Position numbers and translations under genes: made by a program
NCBI GenBank assembly: GCA_964016885.1
Contig: OZ024747.1
Coordinates: forward strand, 1,612,001 to 1,676,000
Origin: Eledone cirrhosa
Taxonomy: Eukaryota
Length of the DNA stretch: 64,000 nt
Direction: 5' to 3'
The notes under the pieces: generated by a model
Seen by the model: the letters and a program-made list of their open reading frames with translations, nothing else
Told to the model about the DNA's origin: nothing
Databases searched by the model: none
In this document: positions 25,861 through 39,278 of the stretch, piece after piece
Position numbering within the stretch: position 1 is the stretch's first letter
Layout: every line of letters starts with the position of its first letter

Positions 25861-26047
25861 ATTCCTTTCAACTAAACTGTATCCATTCAAATCTTTCTAT
25901 ATATATAATAAAGAATCATTTAATTGATTGACGATCACTTTGTTAAAACAACAGGAATACTCACTTCTGTTATATTGATCTCTTCAGAATCCCTTGATAT
26001 TTACCAATACATGTCCATATAATGGTAAATATTACTTTTATTTCATG

Positions 26048-26112
26048 AATTCTGAAGAGATTAATATAACAGGAGTGCATATTCCCGTTATTTAATGAAA
26101 TGGTCATCAATT
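26048..26112 (+). ncRNA. Minimal type-I hammerhead motif in an older fold-back (about 25914-26124)
   Basis: aatt-CTGAAGA-gattaatataac...gttatttaat-GAAA-tggtca-TC-aatt. The diverged inverted copy at ~25921-25990 has lost GAAA. Confidence 0.7.
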
Positions 26113-26369
26113 ATTTAAATGATTTAATTTAAATCCTGGTTATTTTTTATTCATATATCTATATGTTCTGGGATATTATAAAACTACTGTGGTCGGAAAT
26201 ATACTGATTAGGTTAGCCCTGAACTGTCTCTTACCTATCTTGCTGTGGACTATAAAATCACATTTGAGCTTTAAAATATTCTTTGCCTTTATATGGTTGT
26301 ATTATCAACTTATCTGAACTATTGTATATATATTTTATAACTGTCTATGTTCTTAACTAATGTTTTTGT

Positions 26370-28960
26370 ATGTTTATATATTGTCTATTGTATCTATATA
26401 TTGACTACTGTGTCTATATATTGACTACTGTGTCTATATATTGTCTACTGTGTCTATATATTGTCTATTGTGTCTATATATTGTCTACTGTGTCTATATA
26501 TTGTCTATTGTGTCTATATATTGTCTACTGTGTCTATATATTGACTACTGTGTCTATATATTGTCTACTGTGTCTATATATTGTCTACTGTGTCTATATG
26601 TTGTCTACTGTGTCTATATATTGTCTATATATTGTCTATATGTTGTCTACTGTGTCTATATATTGTCTATTGTATCTATATATTGTCTACTGTGTCTATA
26701 TATTGTCTATTGTATCTATATATTGTCTACTGTGTCTATATATTGTCTACTGTGTCTATATATTGACTACTGTGTCTATATATTGTCTACTGTGTCTATA
26801 TATTGTCTATTGTGTCTATATATTGTCTACTGTGTCTATATATTGTCTATTGTGTCTATATATTGACTACTGTGTCTATATATTGTCTACTGTGTCTATA
26901 TATTGTCTACTGTGTCTATATATTGACTACTGTGTCTATATATTGACTACTGTGTCTATATATTGTCTACTGTGTCTATATATTGACTACTGTGTCTATA
27001 TATTGTCTATTGTGTCTATATATTGTCTACTGTGTCTATATATTGTCTACTGTGTCTATATATTGTCTACTGTGTCTATATGTTGTCTACTGTGTCTATA
27101 TATTGTCTACTGTGTCTATATATTGTCTACTGTGTCTATATATTGTCTACTGTGTCTATATATTGTTTACTGTGTCTATATATTGTCTACTGTGTCTATA
27201 TATTGTCTATTGTGTCTATATATTGTCTACTGTGTCTATATATTGTCTACTGTGTCTATATATTGTCTACTGTGTCTATATATTGTCTACTGTGTCTATA
27301 TATTGTCTACTGTGTCTATATGTTGTCTACTGTGTCTATATATTGTCTACTGTGTCTATATATTGTCTACTGTGTCTATATATTGTCTATTGTATCTATA
27401 TATTGTCTACTGTGTCTATATATTGTCTACTGTGTCTATATATTGACTACTGTGTCTATATATTGTCTACTGTGTCTATATATTGTCTACTGTGTCTATA
27501 TATTGACTACTGTGTCTATATATTGACTACTGTGTCTATATATTGTCTACTGTGTCTATATATTGTCTACTGTGTCTATATATTGTCTACTGTGTCTATA
27601 TATTGTCTACTGTGTCTATATATTGTCTATTGTGTCTATATATTGTCTACTGTGTCTATATATTGTCTACTGTGTCTATATATTGTCTACTGTGTCTATA
27701 TATTGTCTACTGTGTCTATATATTGTCTACTGTGTCTATATGTTGTCTACTGTGTCTATATATTGTCTACTGTGTTTATATATTGTCTACTGTGTCTATA
27801 TATTGTCTATTGTATCTATATATTGTCTACTGTGTCTATATATTGTCTTCTGTGTCTATATATTGACTACTGTGTCTATATATTGTCTACTGTGTCTATA
27901 TATTGTCTACTGTGTCTATATATTGACTACTGTGTCTATATATTGACTACTGTGTCTATATATTGTCTACTGTGTCTATATATTGTCTACTGTGTCTATA
28001 TATTGTCTACTGTGTCTACATATTGTCTATTGTATCTATATATTGTCTATTGTATCTATATATTGTCTACTGTGTCTATATATTGTCTACTGTGTCTATA
28101 TGTTGTCTACTGTGTCTATATATTGTCTACTGTGTCTATATATTGTCTACTGTGTCTATATATTGTCTACTGTGTCTATATTTTGTCTACTGTGTCTATA
28201 TATTGTCTACTGTGTCTATATATTGACTACTGTGTCTATATATTGTCTACTGTGTCTATATATTGTCTATTGTATCTATATATTGTCTACTGTGTCTATA
28301 TGTTGTCTACTGTGTCTATATATTGTCTACTGTGTCTATATATTGACTACTGTGTCTATATATTGTCTACTGTGTCTATATATTGTCTACTGTGTCTATA
28401 TATTGACTACTGTGTCTATATATTGTCTACTGTGTCTATATATTGTCTACTGTGTCTATATATTGTCTACTGTGTCTATATATTGTCTACTGTGTCTATA
28501 TATTGTCTACTGTGTCTATATGTTGTCTACTGTGTCTATATATTGTCTACTGTGTCTATATATTGTCTACTGTGTCTATATATTGTCTACTGTGTCTATA
28601 TATTGTCTACTGTGTCTATATATTGTCTATTGTATCTATATATTGTCTACTTTGTCTATATGTTGTGTACTGTGTCTATATATTGTCTACTGTGTCTATA
28701 TATTGTCTATTGTGTCTATATATTGTCTACTGTTTCTATATATTGTCTACTGTGTCTATATATTGTCTACTGTGTCTATATATTGTCTACTGTGTCTATA
28801 TATTGTCTACTGTGTCTATATATTGTCTACTGTGTCTATATATTGTCTACTGTGTCTATATATTGACTACTGTGTCTATATATTGTCTACTGTGTCTATA
28901 TATTGTCTACTGTGTCTATATATTGTCTACTGTGTCTATATATTGTCTACTGTGTCTATG
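26370..28960. repeat. 20-bp satellite (tattgtctactgtgtctata), about 130 copies
   Basis: Exact 20-nt register visible across lines. Confidence 0.97.
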
Positions 28961-28993
28961 TTTTTAATTAATGTTTTTGATCCTCTTTTGCAG

Positions 28994-29159
28994 GCAACTG
29001 ATTAATGTTATCAAAGAAAAAGCTGACCATTTTGGTGGTGGTGGTGGTGGTGGTGGTGGAGGAGGAGGTAACATGCAATTACAAATGACATTACATGAAG
29101 TGAAAGACACCATCAAACAAGTTCGCACCGACACAGCAAGCATCTTAAACACATCTCAG
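28994..29159 (+). CDS. LMAN1: LMAN1 exon (QLINVIKEKADHF-polyG-NMQLQMTLHEVKDTIKQVRTDTASILNTSQ)
   Basis: ttttgcag acceptor, CAG|gtatgg donor. 166 nt fits phases 2 to 0. Confidence 0.85.
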
Positions 29160-29373
29160 GTATGGAATTTATTAAATGGAATCTTGCAGAGCTTTTGTAG
29201 TTCTGAGTTCTGAGGTCAAATCTCACCTTTCATTGTTATAGGGTTGATAAAACAAGGTATCAGTAATGCACTGGGGTTGATTTAATCGACCCCGCTGCAA
29301 ATTGTTGGCCTTGTACCTAAATCAGAAACCATTGTTATTAGTTGGCAATATTTTAGGCTTGCTGTATTTTATA

Positions 29374-31830
29374 TATACCAGATGTGACACTATTACTACA
29401 GCTCTCCTCTATACCAGATGTCACACTATTACTACAGCTCTCCTCTATACCAGATGTCACACTATTACTACAGCTCTCCTCTATACCAGATGTGACACTA
29501 TTACTACAGCTCTCTTCTATACCAGATGTGACACTATTACTACAGCTCTCCTCTATACCAGATGTGACACTATTACTACAGCTCTCCTCTATACCAGATG
29601 TGACACTATTACTACAGCTCTCCTCTATACCAGATGTGACACTATTACTACAGCTCTCTTCTATACCAGATGTGACACTATTACTACAGCTCTCCTCTAT
29701 ACCAGATGTCACACTATTACTACAGCTCTCCTCTATACCAGATGTGATACTATTACTACAGCTCTCCTCTATACCAGATGTGACACTATTATTACAGCTC
29801 TCCTCTATACCAGATGTGACAGTTATTACAGCTCTCCTCTATACCAGATGTGACACTATTACTACAGCTCTCCTCTATACCAGATGTGACACTATTATTA
29901 CAGCTCTCCTCTATACCAGATATGACACTATTACTACAGCTATCCTCTATACCATATGTGACACTATTACTACAGCTCTCCTCTATACCAGATGTGACAC
30001 TATTACTACAGCTCTCCTCTATACCAGATGTGACACCATTACTACAGCTCTCCTCTATACCAGATGTGACACTATTACTACAGCTCTCCTCTATACCAGA
30101 TGTGACACTATTACTACAGCTCTCCTCTATACCAGATGTGACACTATTACTATAGCTCTCCTCTATACCAGATGTGACACCATTACTACAGCTCTCCTCT
30201 TTACCAGATGTGACACTATTACTACAGCTCTCCACTATACCAGATATGACACTTTTACTACAGCTCTCTTCTATACCAGATGTGACACTATTACTACAGC
30301 TCTCCTCTATACCAGATGTGACACTATTACTACAGCTCTCCTCTATACCAGATATGAGACTATTACTACAGCTATCCTCTATACCATATGTGACACTATT
30401 ACTACAGCTCTCCTCTATACCAGATGTGATACTATTACTACAGCTCTCCTCTATACCAGATGTGACACTATTATTACAGCTCTCCTCTATACCAGATGTG
30501 ACAGTTATTACAGCTCTCCTCTATACCAGATGTGACACTATTACTACAGCTCTCCTCTATACCAGATGTGACACTATTATTACAGCTCTCCTCTATACCA
30601 GATGTGACACTATTACTACAGCTCTCCTCTATACCAGATGTCACACTATTACTACAGCTCTCCTCTATACCAGATGTGACACTATTACTACAGCTCTCCT
30701 CTATACCAGATGTCACACTATTACTACAGCTCTCCTCTATACCAGATGTCACACTATTACTACAGCTCTCCTCTTTACCAGATGTTACACTATTACTACA
30801 GCTCTCCTCTATACCAGATGTGACACCATTACTACAGCTCTCCTCTATACCAGATGTGACACTATTACTACAGCTCTCCTCTATACCAGATGTCACACTA
30901 TTACTACAGCTCTCCTCTATACCAGATGTCACACTATTACTACAGCTCTCCTCTATACCAGATGTGAATCTATTACTACAGCTCTCCTCTATACCAGATG
31001 TGACACTATTACTACAGCTCTCCCCTATACCAGATGTGACACTATTACTACAGCTCTCCTCTATACCAGATATGACACTTTTACTACAGCTCTCTTCTAT
31101 ACCAGATGTGACACTATTACTACAGCTCTCTATACCAGATGTGACACTATTACTACAGCTCTCCTCTATACCAGATGTGACACTATTACTACAGCTCTCC
31201 TCTATACCAGATGTGACACTATTACGACAGCTCTCCTCTATACCAGATGTCACACTATTACTATAGCTCTCCTCTATACCAGATATGACACTATTACTAT
31301 AGCTCTCCTCTATACCAGATATGACACTATTACTACAGCTCTCCTCTATACCAGATGTCACACTATTACTACAGCTCTCCTCTATACCAGATTTGACACT
31401 ATTACTACAGCTCTCCTCTATACCAGATTTGACACTATTACTACAGCTCTCCTCTATACCAGATGTGACACTATTACTACAGCTCTCCTCTATACTAGAT
31501 ATGACACTATTACTACAGCTCTCTTCTATACCAGATGTCACACTTTTACTACAGCTCTCCTCTATACCAGATGTCACACTATTACTATAGTTCTCCTCTA
31601 TACCAGATGTCACACTATTACTACAGCTCTCCTCTATACCAGATATGACACTATTACTACAGCTCTCCTCTATACCAGATGTGACACTATTACTACAGCT
31701 CTCCTCTATACCAGATGTGACACTATTACTACAGCTCTCCTCTATACCAGATGTCACACTATTACTATAGCTCACCTCTATACCAGATGTCCATGTATTA
31801 CTGTTGTCTGTACATTTCTATACCAGATGT
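29374..31830. repeat. 36-bp minisatellite (tataccagatgtgacactattactacagctctcctc)
   Basis: 12-aa periodic ORFs; direct inspection. Confidence 0.97.
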
Positions 31831-31904
31831 CTCTGTATAGCTCTTCTCCTCTATCTTATCCACACTTGCAGCATTTGTCTCACTTTATGATGTAATATTT
31901 GCAG

Positions 31905-32008
31905 GGATCCGGTACATCATGCCCCAACATCAACTGTATATCTCCAAAAGTGTTTTTCATTGGTTTATCTGTACAGATTGCAGCCCTTTTCATCTATGCC
32001 ATGTACAA
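31905..32008 (+). CDS. LMAN1: LMAN1 exon with two membrane-proximal Cys and TM helix (GSGTSCPNINCISPKVFFIGLSVQIAALFIYAMY)
   Basis: tttgcag acceptor, AA|gtaagt donor. Cys pair and polar Gln in the TM as in ERGIC-53. Confidence 0.92.
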
Positions 32009-32908
32009 GTAAGTATTTAACTCCTTCTTAAACTCATAAGTCTTACTTTAGAGTTCAGTTTTATTGTTTGCTTACACATATTCCTGATGATTTCATACAA
32101 ATGAAACAGTTCTAGTCCTGTAGAAATCATTTCTATCTTAGATTTGATGTTTACACACTACTGCTGTATTGAGTACTGTGGTTACCCCCGATTGAAGCTG
32201 GGACTTAGCTTGTATTTCAGCTCTGCTATATTTGTTATATTACATCGAGCTATAGTCACGTTTGTAACTGGGTAATATTTATTATTACTCACCATATATA
32301 TATATAGTTAGAAGTATATATATATACATAAGTATATCTATTTACTTTCACACTGTAAAGTGGTTGGTGATAGGAAGGATATCCAGCCATAGAAAGCTTG
32401 CCTAATAAAGGTTAGAAGAACTTTCCAGTTGTGTGAAAGACTTGACAACTTCCCTAGTGTTGCTGATCTACATGATAAACTTACTCAGTAAAGTGGTTGG
32501 TGATAGAAAGGGCATCTAGCTGCAGAAATCCTGCCATGATAAAATACAAGATGCAAACCCCTGACCCATCTGTGACATGAGTAGCTCTGCTTGAGTACCG
32601 ACTTTAGGAAGACCCATCTAACCCTTGCTATCGGGGAAAATGGATAATGGATGATGATTATATTCCCCTCTACTGTGTGTATTCAGTTTAAGATAGGTAC
32701 ATCATATCCCTGACTTTATGGGGAAACTAAAAAGCTTTACATCAAGAAGGGTATCTAGCTGTAAAACATTATCCCAAAAAGGATCCATAATGGGAATGAA
32801 GCTTGTAATGGGGCCTGCAAGGCTTAGCCCTTGCTGTTATAGGGGGAGATACCTTAAAATAGTTGTGTTGTTGTAGTAACTGTATTCCTCCATTTTGTGT
32901 ATTTGCAG

Positions 32909-32945
32909 GCAAAGCAAGGAAGCACAAGCCAAGAAATTTTATTGA
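32909..32945 (+). CDS. LMAN1: LMAN1 terminal coding exon (KQSKEAQAKKFY*)
   Basis: tttgcag acceptor. KKFY matches the KKFF-type ER exit/retrieval signal. TGA at 32943-32945. Confidence 0.93.
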
Positions 32946-33039
32946 AGACATTGTTTTTGTTTGTTATTGTTTCAATCTCTCTCCTCTTCCATCTCACTTG
33001 ACCATGTTGTGTCTCAGACTCACACAGAACGGCTGGGTG

Positions 33040-33082
33040 ACTGGGTGTGTGTGTGAGAGAATGACAGGTACATTTCACTTGG

Positions 33083-33145
<63 letters not shown>

Positions 33146-33258
33146 CAGGTACATTTCACTTGGAAATACTGTGTGTGTGTGAGAGAATGACAAGTACATT
33201 TCACTTGGAAATACTCTGTGTGTGTGTGTGTGTGTGACAGGTACATTTCACTTGGAAT
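33040..33258. repeat. 4 copies of tgacaggtacatttcacttggaaatact separated by (TG)n, in the LMAN1 3' UTR
   Basis: Direct inspection. AATAAA hexamers follow near 33432 and 33481. Confidence 0.8.
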
Positions 33259-33964
33259 CCTAAAGAGGTACATGAGACCAACCCCTAAGTCTCTGTCTGT
33301 CTCACTACATATCTACTGTGTATGTATGTATATGTGTGTGTCTGTGTATGTATGTATATGATTGTGTGTATGTATGTATATGTGTGTGTCTGTATGTATG
33401 TATATGTTTGTGTGTGTGTGCATCCGATTAAATAAATCTGTTATTTTTTTTTTTACTGCAAATTGTATAAAAGAGAGAGAAATAAAATAATTTAAAAAAT
33501 GTATTAAAAAAAAAGAGACAATGTAAAGTTGATCTGTGGTGGTGGTGGGAGAGGTGGTGGTGGTGGTAGAGGTGGTAGTAGTGGCGGTGGTGGTAGAGGT
33601 GGTGGTGGTGGTGGTGGTGGGAGAGTTGGTGGTGGTGGTGAATTAGACCTAACTATTGATGAATAAAAGTGTTTATATTGCAGTAGACTTACAAACCAAG
33701 TACCCCTCCTCCCACCAGAATTATGGTGGAGAAGTGAAATTACTGACATGTTTACTGTTACATCTCAGCTACTATTAGTTCCTCAGTAGTCTGTAGTCCT
33801 ATGATCACCGTTCATACCACCAAACACTGGCACCAGTAAATCTGGAGAAGGACACGAGAGAGCCCAGGATTTGCTGCCAACAACTAAGGCTAAACTATAG
33901 ATGTAAACAATGATAATGGTTATTCCAATAAACAGAAAAACATTGATATTAATAGTAGTATCAG

Positions 33965-35648
33965 TAATACTACTACTGATAATACCAGTAGTAGTAGTAC
34001 TGATAATACCAGTAGTAGTAGTACTGATAATACCAGTAGTAGTACTGATAATACCAGTAGTAGTAGTACTGATAATACCAGTAGTAGTAGTACTGATAAT
34101 ACCAGTAGTAGTACTGATAATACCAGTAGTAGTAGTACTGATAATACCAGTAGTAGTAGTACTGATAATACCAGTAGTAGTAGTACTGATAATACCAATA
34201 GTAGTAGTACTGATAATACCAGTAGTAGTACTGATAATACCAGTAGTAGTACTGATAATACCAATAGTAGTAGTACTGATAATACCAGTAGTAGTAGTAC
34301 TGATAATACCAGTAGTAGTAGTACTGATAATAGTAGTAGTAGTAGTACTGATAATAGTAGTAGTAGTAGTACTGATAATACCAGTAGTAGTAGTACTGAT
34401 AATAGTAGTAGTACTGATAATACCAGTAGTAGTACTGATAATACCAGTAGTAGTACTGATAATACCAGTAGTAGTACTGATAATACCAGTAGTAGTAGTA
34501 CTGATAATACCAGTAGTAGTAGTACTGATAATACCAATAGTAGTAGTACTGATAATACCAGTAGTAGTAGTACTGATAATACCAGTAGTAGTAGTACTGA
34601 TAATACCAATAGTAGTAGTACTGATAATACCAGTAGTAGTAGTACTGATAATACCAGTAGTAGTAGTACTGATAATACCAGTAGTAGTAGTACTGATAAT
34701 ACCAGTAGTAGTAGTACTGATAATACCAGTAGTAGTAGTACTGATAATACCAATAGTAGTAGTACTGATAATACCAGTAGTAGTAGTACTGATAATACCA
34801 GTAGTAGTAGTACTGATAATACCAGTAGTAGTAGTACTGATAATACCAGTAGTAGTAGTACTGATAATACCAATAGTAGTAGTACTGATAATACCAGTAG
34901 TAGTAGTACTGATAATACCAGTAGTAGTAGTACTGATAATACCAGTAGTAGTACTGATAATACCAGTAGTAGTAGTACTGATAATACCAGTAGTAGTAGT
35001 ACTGATAATAGTAGTAGTAGTAGTACTGATAATAGTAGTAGTAGTAGTACTGATAATACCAGTAGTAGTAGTACTGATAATAGTAGTAGTACTGATAATA
35101 CCAATAGTAGTACTGATAATACCAGTAGTAGTACTGATAATACCAGTAGTAGTAGTACTGATAATACCAGTAGTAGTACTGATAATACCAGTAGTAGTAG
35201 TACTGATAATACCAGTAGTAGTAGTACTGATAATAGTAGTAGTAGTAGTAGTACTGATAATAGTAGTAGTAGTAGTACTGATAATAGTAGTAGTAGTAGT
35301 AGTACTGATAATACCAGTAGTAGTAGTACTGATAATAGTAGTAGTACTGATAATACCAATAGTAGTACTGATAATACCAGTAGTAGTACTGATAATACCA
35401 GTAGTAGTAGTACTGATAATACCAGTAGTAGTAGTACTGATAATAGTAGTAGTAGTAGTACTGATAATACCAGTAGTAGTAGTACTGATAATACCAGTAG
35501 TAGTAGTACTGATAATACCAGTAGTAGTAGTACTGATAATACCAGTAGTAGTAGTACTGATAATACCAGTAGTAGTAGTACTGATAATACCAGTAGTAGT
35601 ACTGATAATACCAGTAGTAGTACTGATAATACCAGTAGTAGTACTGAT
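33965..35648. repeat. 21-24-bp minisatellite (gtactgataatacca(gta)n)
   Basis: Direct inspection. Confidence 0.95.
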
Positions 35649-36230
35649 GGCCATCATGCTGGTAATGAGGGTACGGTAGACCGTGAAGTGAGTGGTGGAA
35701 CATGGGAATATAATAGTTAAAACAAAAATTAATTACTAATAAATTAGTAATAGTACATTTAATATCATTGTCAGTACATTTTATATATTATATTTCAAAT
35801 TAATAGATATAGATATAGAGAGAGGATGATATATCTTATGAGCAGACACAGTATCTTGTATATATACAAAGCACATATTTCTAGGAAAAATATGGACTTT
35901 AGATGGAAAAAAATCTAAATCCTAATAAGCACTATTCCATGATTTGAAGGACCAGAACATAAAATCTATCTGAGAAATCGATCATCAATCACCAACTACC
36001 AATTGTGGTTAAGTGATGGGACACGTGAATCAATCATGAGAGGAAATCATCAATATTTAATGTTTGATATTTAACGTAAGTAATGTAAGTATTATTTCTA
36101 GCATCACTATCATCGCCTTCATTATTATAAATGTTGTTATTGTCTTGTGATGGAGATTTGGGGTTTAATTAATGAATGCAAAGTAAATTTACACAACAGT
36201 CTCGAATGTCTTCAACAAGAAATTATAGGC

Positions 36231-36298
<68 letters not shown>

Positions 36299-36508
36299 TT
36301 ATTTGAAGGAAATCGGAAAAGAAAATAGTTTTTACATTTAATGAAAAACTGAAATCAAAGTATGAAGTGAATCAAAATTTGGAGACATTGAAAGAAAAAT
36401 AAAGAATATTATACTCTATATATATTCTTTTATTATCATAGTTTCAGTCATTTCACTGCAAACATGTGACACCACTTTCAAGAGATTTAATTGATTGTAT
36501 CAAACCCA

Positions 36509-36905
36509 GGCATGTGGTTATGTGGCTAGAGGTTTGTGGCTCAAGATCATAAGGTTGTGAGATCAATTCCCAGAGACATGCTGTCTTTGAGCAAGACACT
36601 TTATTTCACATTGCTCCAGTCCACTTGAGTGACACATTCGGTGTCACCCTGAATCTCCCTGAGAACTATGTTAAGGGTACATGTGTCTGCGGAATGCTCA
36701 GCCACTTGCACTAGATGGACTGTGCATGTAATTCGAAGGGCCAGTCTTGTCACATTTGGTGTCACACTGAATCTCCCTGAGAACTATGTTATTGGTATGC
36801 ATGTTTGAGGAATGCTCAGCCACTTGCCCATACATTTCACAAGCAGGCTGTTCCATTGGAATACTTGTGATAACCGATGAAGTGCCACTAAATCAAACCC
36901 AGTAC
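36509..36905 (+). mobile_element. tRNA-derived SINE with an internal ~80-bp direct duplication
   Basis: Degenerate tRNA-like head, then tgagcaagacactttatttcacattgctccagtccac. 36629-36709 is repeated at 36749-36827. Confidence 0.6.
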
Positions 36906-37075
36906 TCACTTTAAAGAAATGTCTGGAACTTCTTATATTGTTTTGTTTTTTATTGGTGACCTGTAAAATTAGAGGACATAAGCAAACAGTAAATATAAAC
37001 ATACACACATACCTACATATATCATATATTATTCAAAATATTAATAAATGAAAAATATTATCATAACCAAAGTAT

Positions 37076-37140
37076 ATATTTTATTATACATATTTCAAAG
37101 GTACAATGGTGTTTCAGTACGTTTTCATCAGATAAAATAT
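37076..37140 (-). ncRNA. Solo minimal type-I hammerhead motif
   Basis: Minus strand: atattttat-CTGATGA-aaacgtac...gtaccttt-GAAA-tatgta-TA-ataaaatat. 9-bp perfect stem I. Confidence 0.8.
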
Positions 37141-39064
37141 ATGAGAGATTGGTTATACGACATACCCCTCAGGTCTTGAATCGTCAATTCCTGTAGTGGG
37201 CTACCACTACATAGTCATGCATTCCCACACAGACAGCTGTTGTATTTAAAAGCTTTTCCAGTTGTAATGATTCCACCTTTCATTCAGACATATATATATT
37301 TAGAACTACATTATCTAATGCACAGCACAGTAAGTTATACTGACTGTAATTGTTGTTTAGCCTCAAGTTATTCTTGATCCAATAAGGTGGCAGATTGGTA
37401 GTCATTAGAACCTTGGAACAAATACTTTACATTATTTGTTTGGATTCTCTGTTCTCGAAGGTCAAATCTTACCGAGGTCAACTTTGCCTTTCATCCTTTC
37501 GAGGTCGTTAAAAAATATACCAGTCTAGTACTGGGGTCCATTCTTCCTCTGCATCTCTCTCTCATTTTCTATAATTCTCTGGAAGAAATCTGGTATGTTC
37601 AGACCTGGAGAAGGGATCTGCTCTGTCAGATTTAAAATGCCCAAGAAAAGCTGTATGCCACTACTCCATCAGGAGTTACGAGAGCATTCCATTACCATAT
37701 CAAGATTTATCCAGCAGACCTATGAGTAAAAATATATATACATACATACTCCAAGACAGTAATATTTGGGGATGCAATAGCTGCGATCTGTTGACCCCTG
37801 AATGACGATAGAATAAAACTTCATTTCACTAAATGAAAAGTTAAATGTAAGGGAGATAACTTATTAAAAAAAGTTTATAAGAGTTATCTAAACAAGCTAC
37901 CCAAAATGGCGGCGAATGTTTTTTTCCTTTATTATTCAACATAAATCTTTGTTTCATATTTATGTTGAAAGGTCCTTGAATATCTCAACTATAATAATAG
38001 TAATGTAAATGTTTAAAACAATTTCTATCGCTATTTAACAATCTTTTACTGTAAATTAACAAGTCAGGTTAATCGTGGGCAATTCAGAAGTTCATTAATA
38101 ATTATATCAGAGTTAAAAGAATTGTCAAACCACCATTTATCTGAAAATCAGTGTTTAACAGTATTACAAAGTAAAGCCACACACATCAATATCTATATAC
38201 TTCGATTTTGTATTTGTTTGCAAGATTTTTATCTGAAAACGTGTGTTGAAACAGATATAGTTATACTTTAGGAGGGTCATTCTGCCAGTAAAAACACACG
38301 TCGAGGTTAGTTTTTCCTTTTGTCCTTACGGAGGTCGATAAAATAGAGCAATTGTAACGCACTGGTCGATTTAATCGGCTTTTCCTTCCCCATTGCTGTC
38401 CTTTTGCCTAAATCAGAAATCATTATTTGCCAGGATTGTGATACAAACGAATTTATAAATGAGACAGGGCTAAATAAACAGATTTTGGCATATATAATAG
38501 TCTCTGATTTAGACACAAGGTCAACAGGAGGAGAAAGTCGATTAAATCAACCCCAGTGAATTACTAATACTTTATTTTATCGACCCCCGTAACAATGAAA
38601 GGCTAAGCTAACTTCGGTGGGATTTGAACTAAAAACATAAAGGGACGTAACTGTATGCCACAAATTGTTCGACAATCTGCCGATCCACCGCATTATTTTA
38701 GCATATATAATACAAACGTCTTCGTGTGTTTTATATCGAATTATAATAATATTCGATTGGTTTGCAAACGCATCGATTATCATTATTATTTTATATAAAC
38801 CTCACGAATGTATTTAAGTATCTGCCTTGTTAGGGCGAAAACAAATTTTATTTTTAATACAAACGTCGTAGCAGCGAGTTTTTCTGAGTGATCTCCCTTA
38901 GATGTCAGGCATTCATCTCTTTCCAAGATGTTTGTTGTTTGATATAACTTGTTAATATACGATAGTAATGAGAAAGGGTTTTAATTAAGAGATTCTACCA
39001 AATATTTTAATACTCAAACAAATGAATGCAAAAAGCTTGAGTCGTTGAGATTTCCTTCACTTTC

Positions 39065-39278
39065 ATAATCACCATCATCATCACCGTCACCACCATCACC
39101 ATCACCAACACCATCATCATCATTATCATTATAACCACCACAATCATCATCATCATCACCATCGTCATCATCATCACCATCATCATCATCACCACCGCAG
39201 CCACCAGCATCATCAACATCAACATCATCATCATCATCATCATTATCGCTTCCACCACCGCCGAGGCCACCATCACCA
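39065..39278. repeat. (CAT/CAC)n tract
   Basis: Direct inspection. Confidence 0.85.

Larger units (their letters stand above)
23561..25900. mobile_element. 2.3-kb fold-back Penelope-like remnant: ~1.1-kb inverted arms (23561-24697 and 24790-25900), 92-bp spacer
   Basis: Arms are near-perfect reverse complements. The spacer reads CNLEIYYIITHKKKLLNNRIERTLFCRHRTK, a PLE ORF C-terminus pattern (C..E....LLN.R.E....CRH). A hammerhead lies near each outer end. Confidence 0.9.

Noticed and set aside
25921-25990. Minus-strand hammerhead in the left arm of the small fold-back
   Set aside because: GAAA core is mutated (AAAG), so it is not called functional.
26370-35703. 300-600-aa ORFs over the 20-, 36- and 24-bp arrays
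   Set aside because: Stop-poor tandem units open in multiple frames and on both strands, with no splice or homology support.
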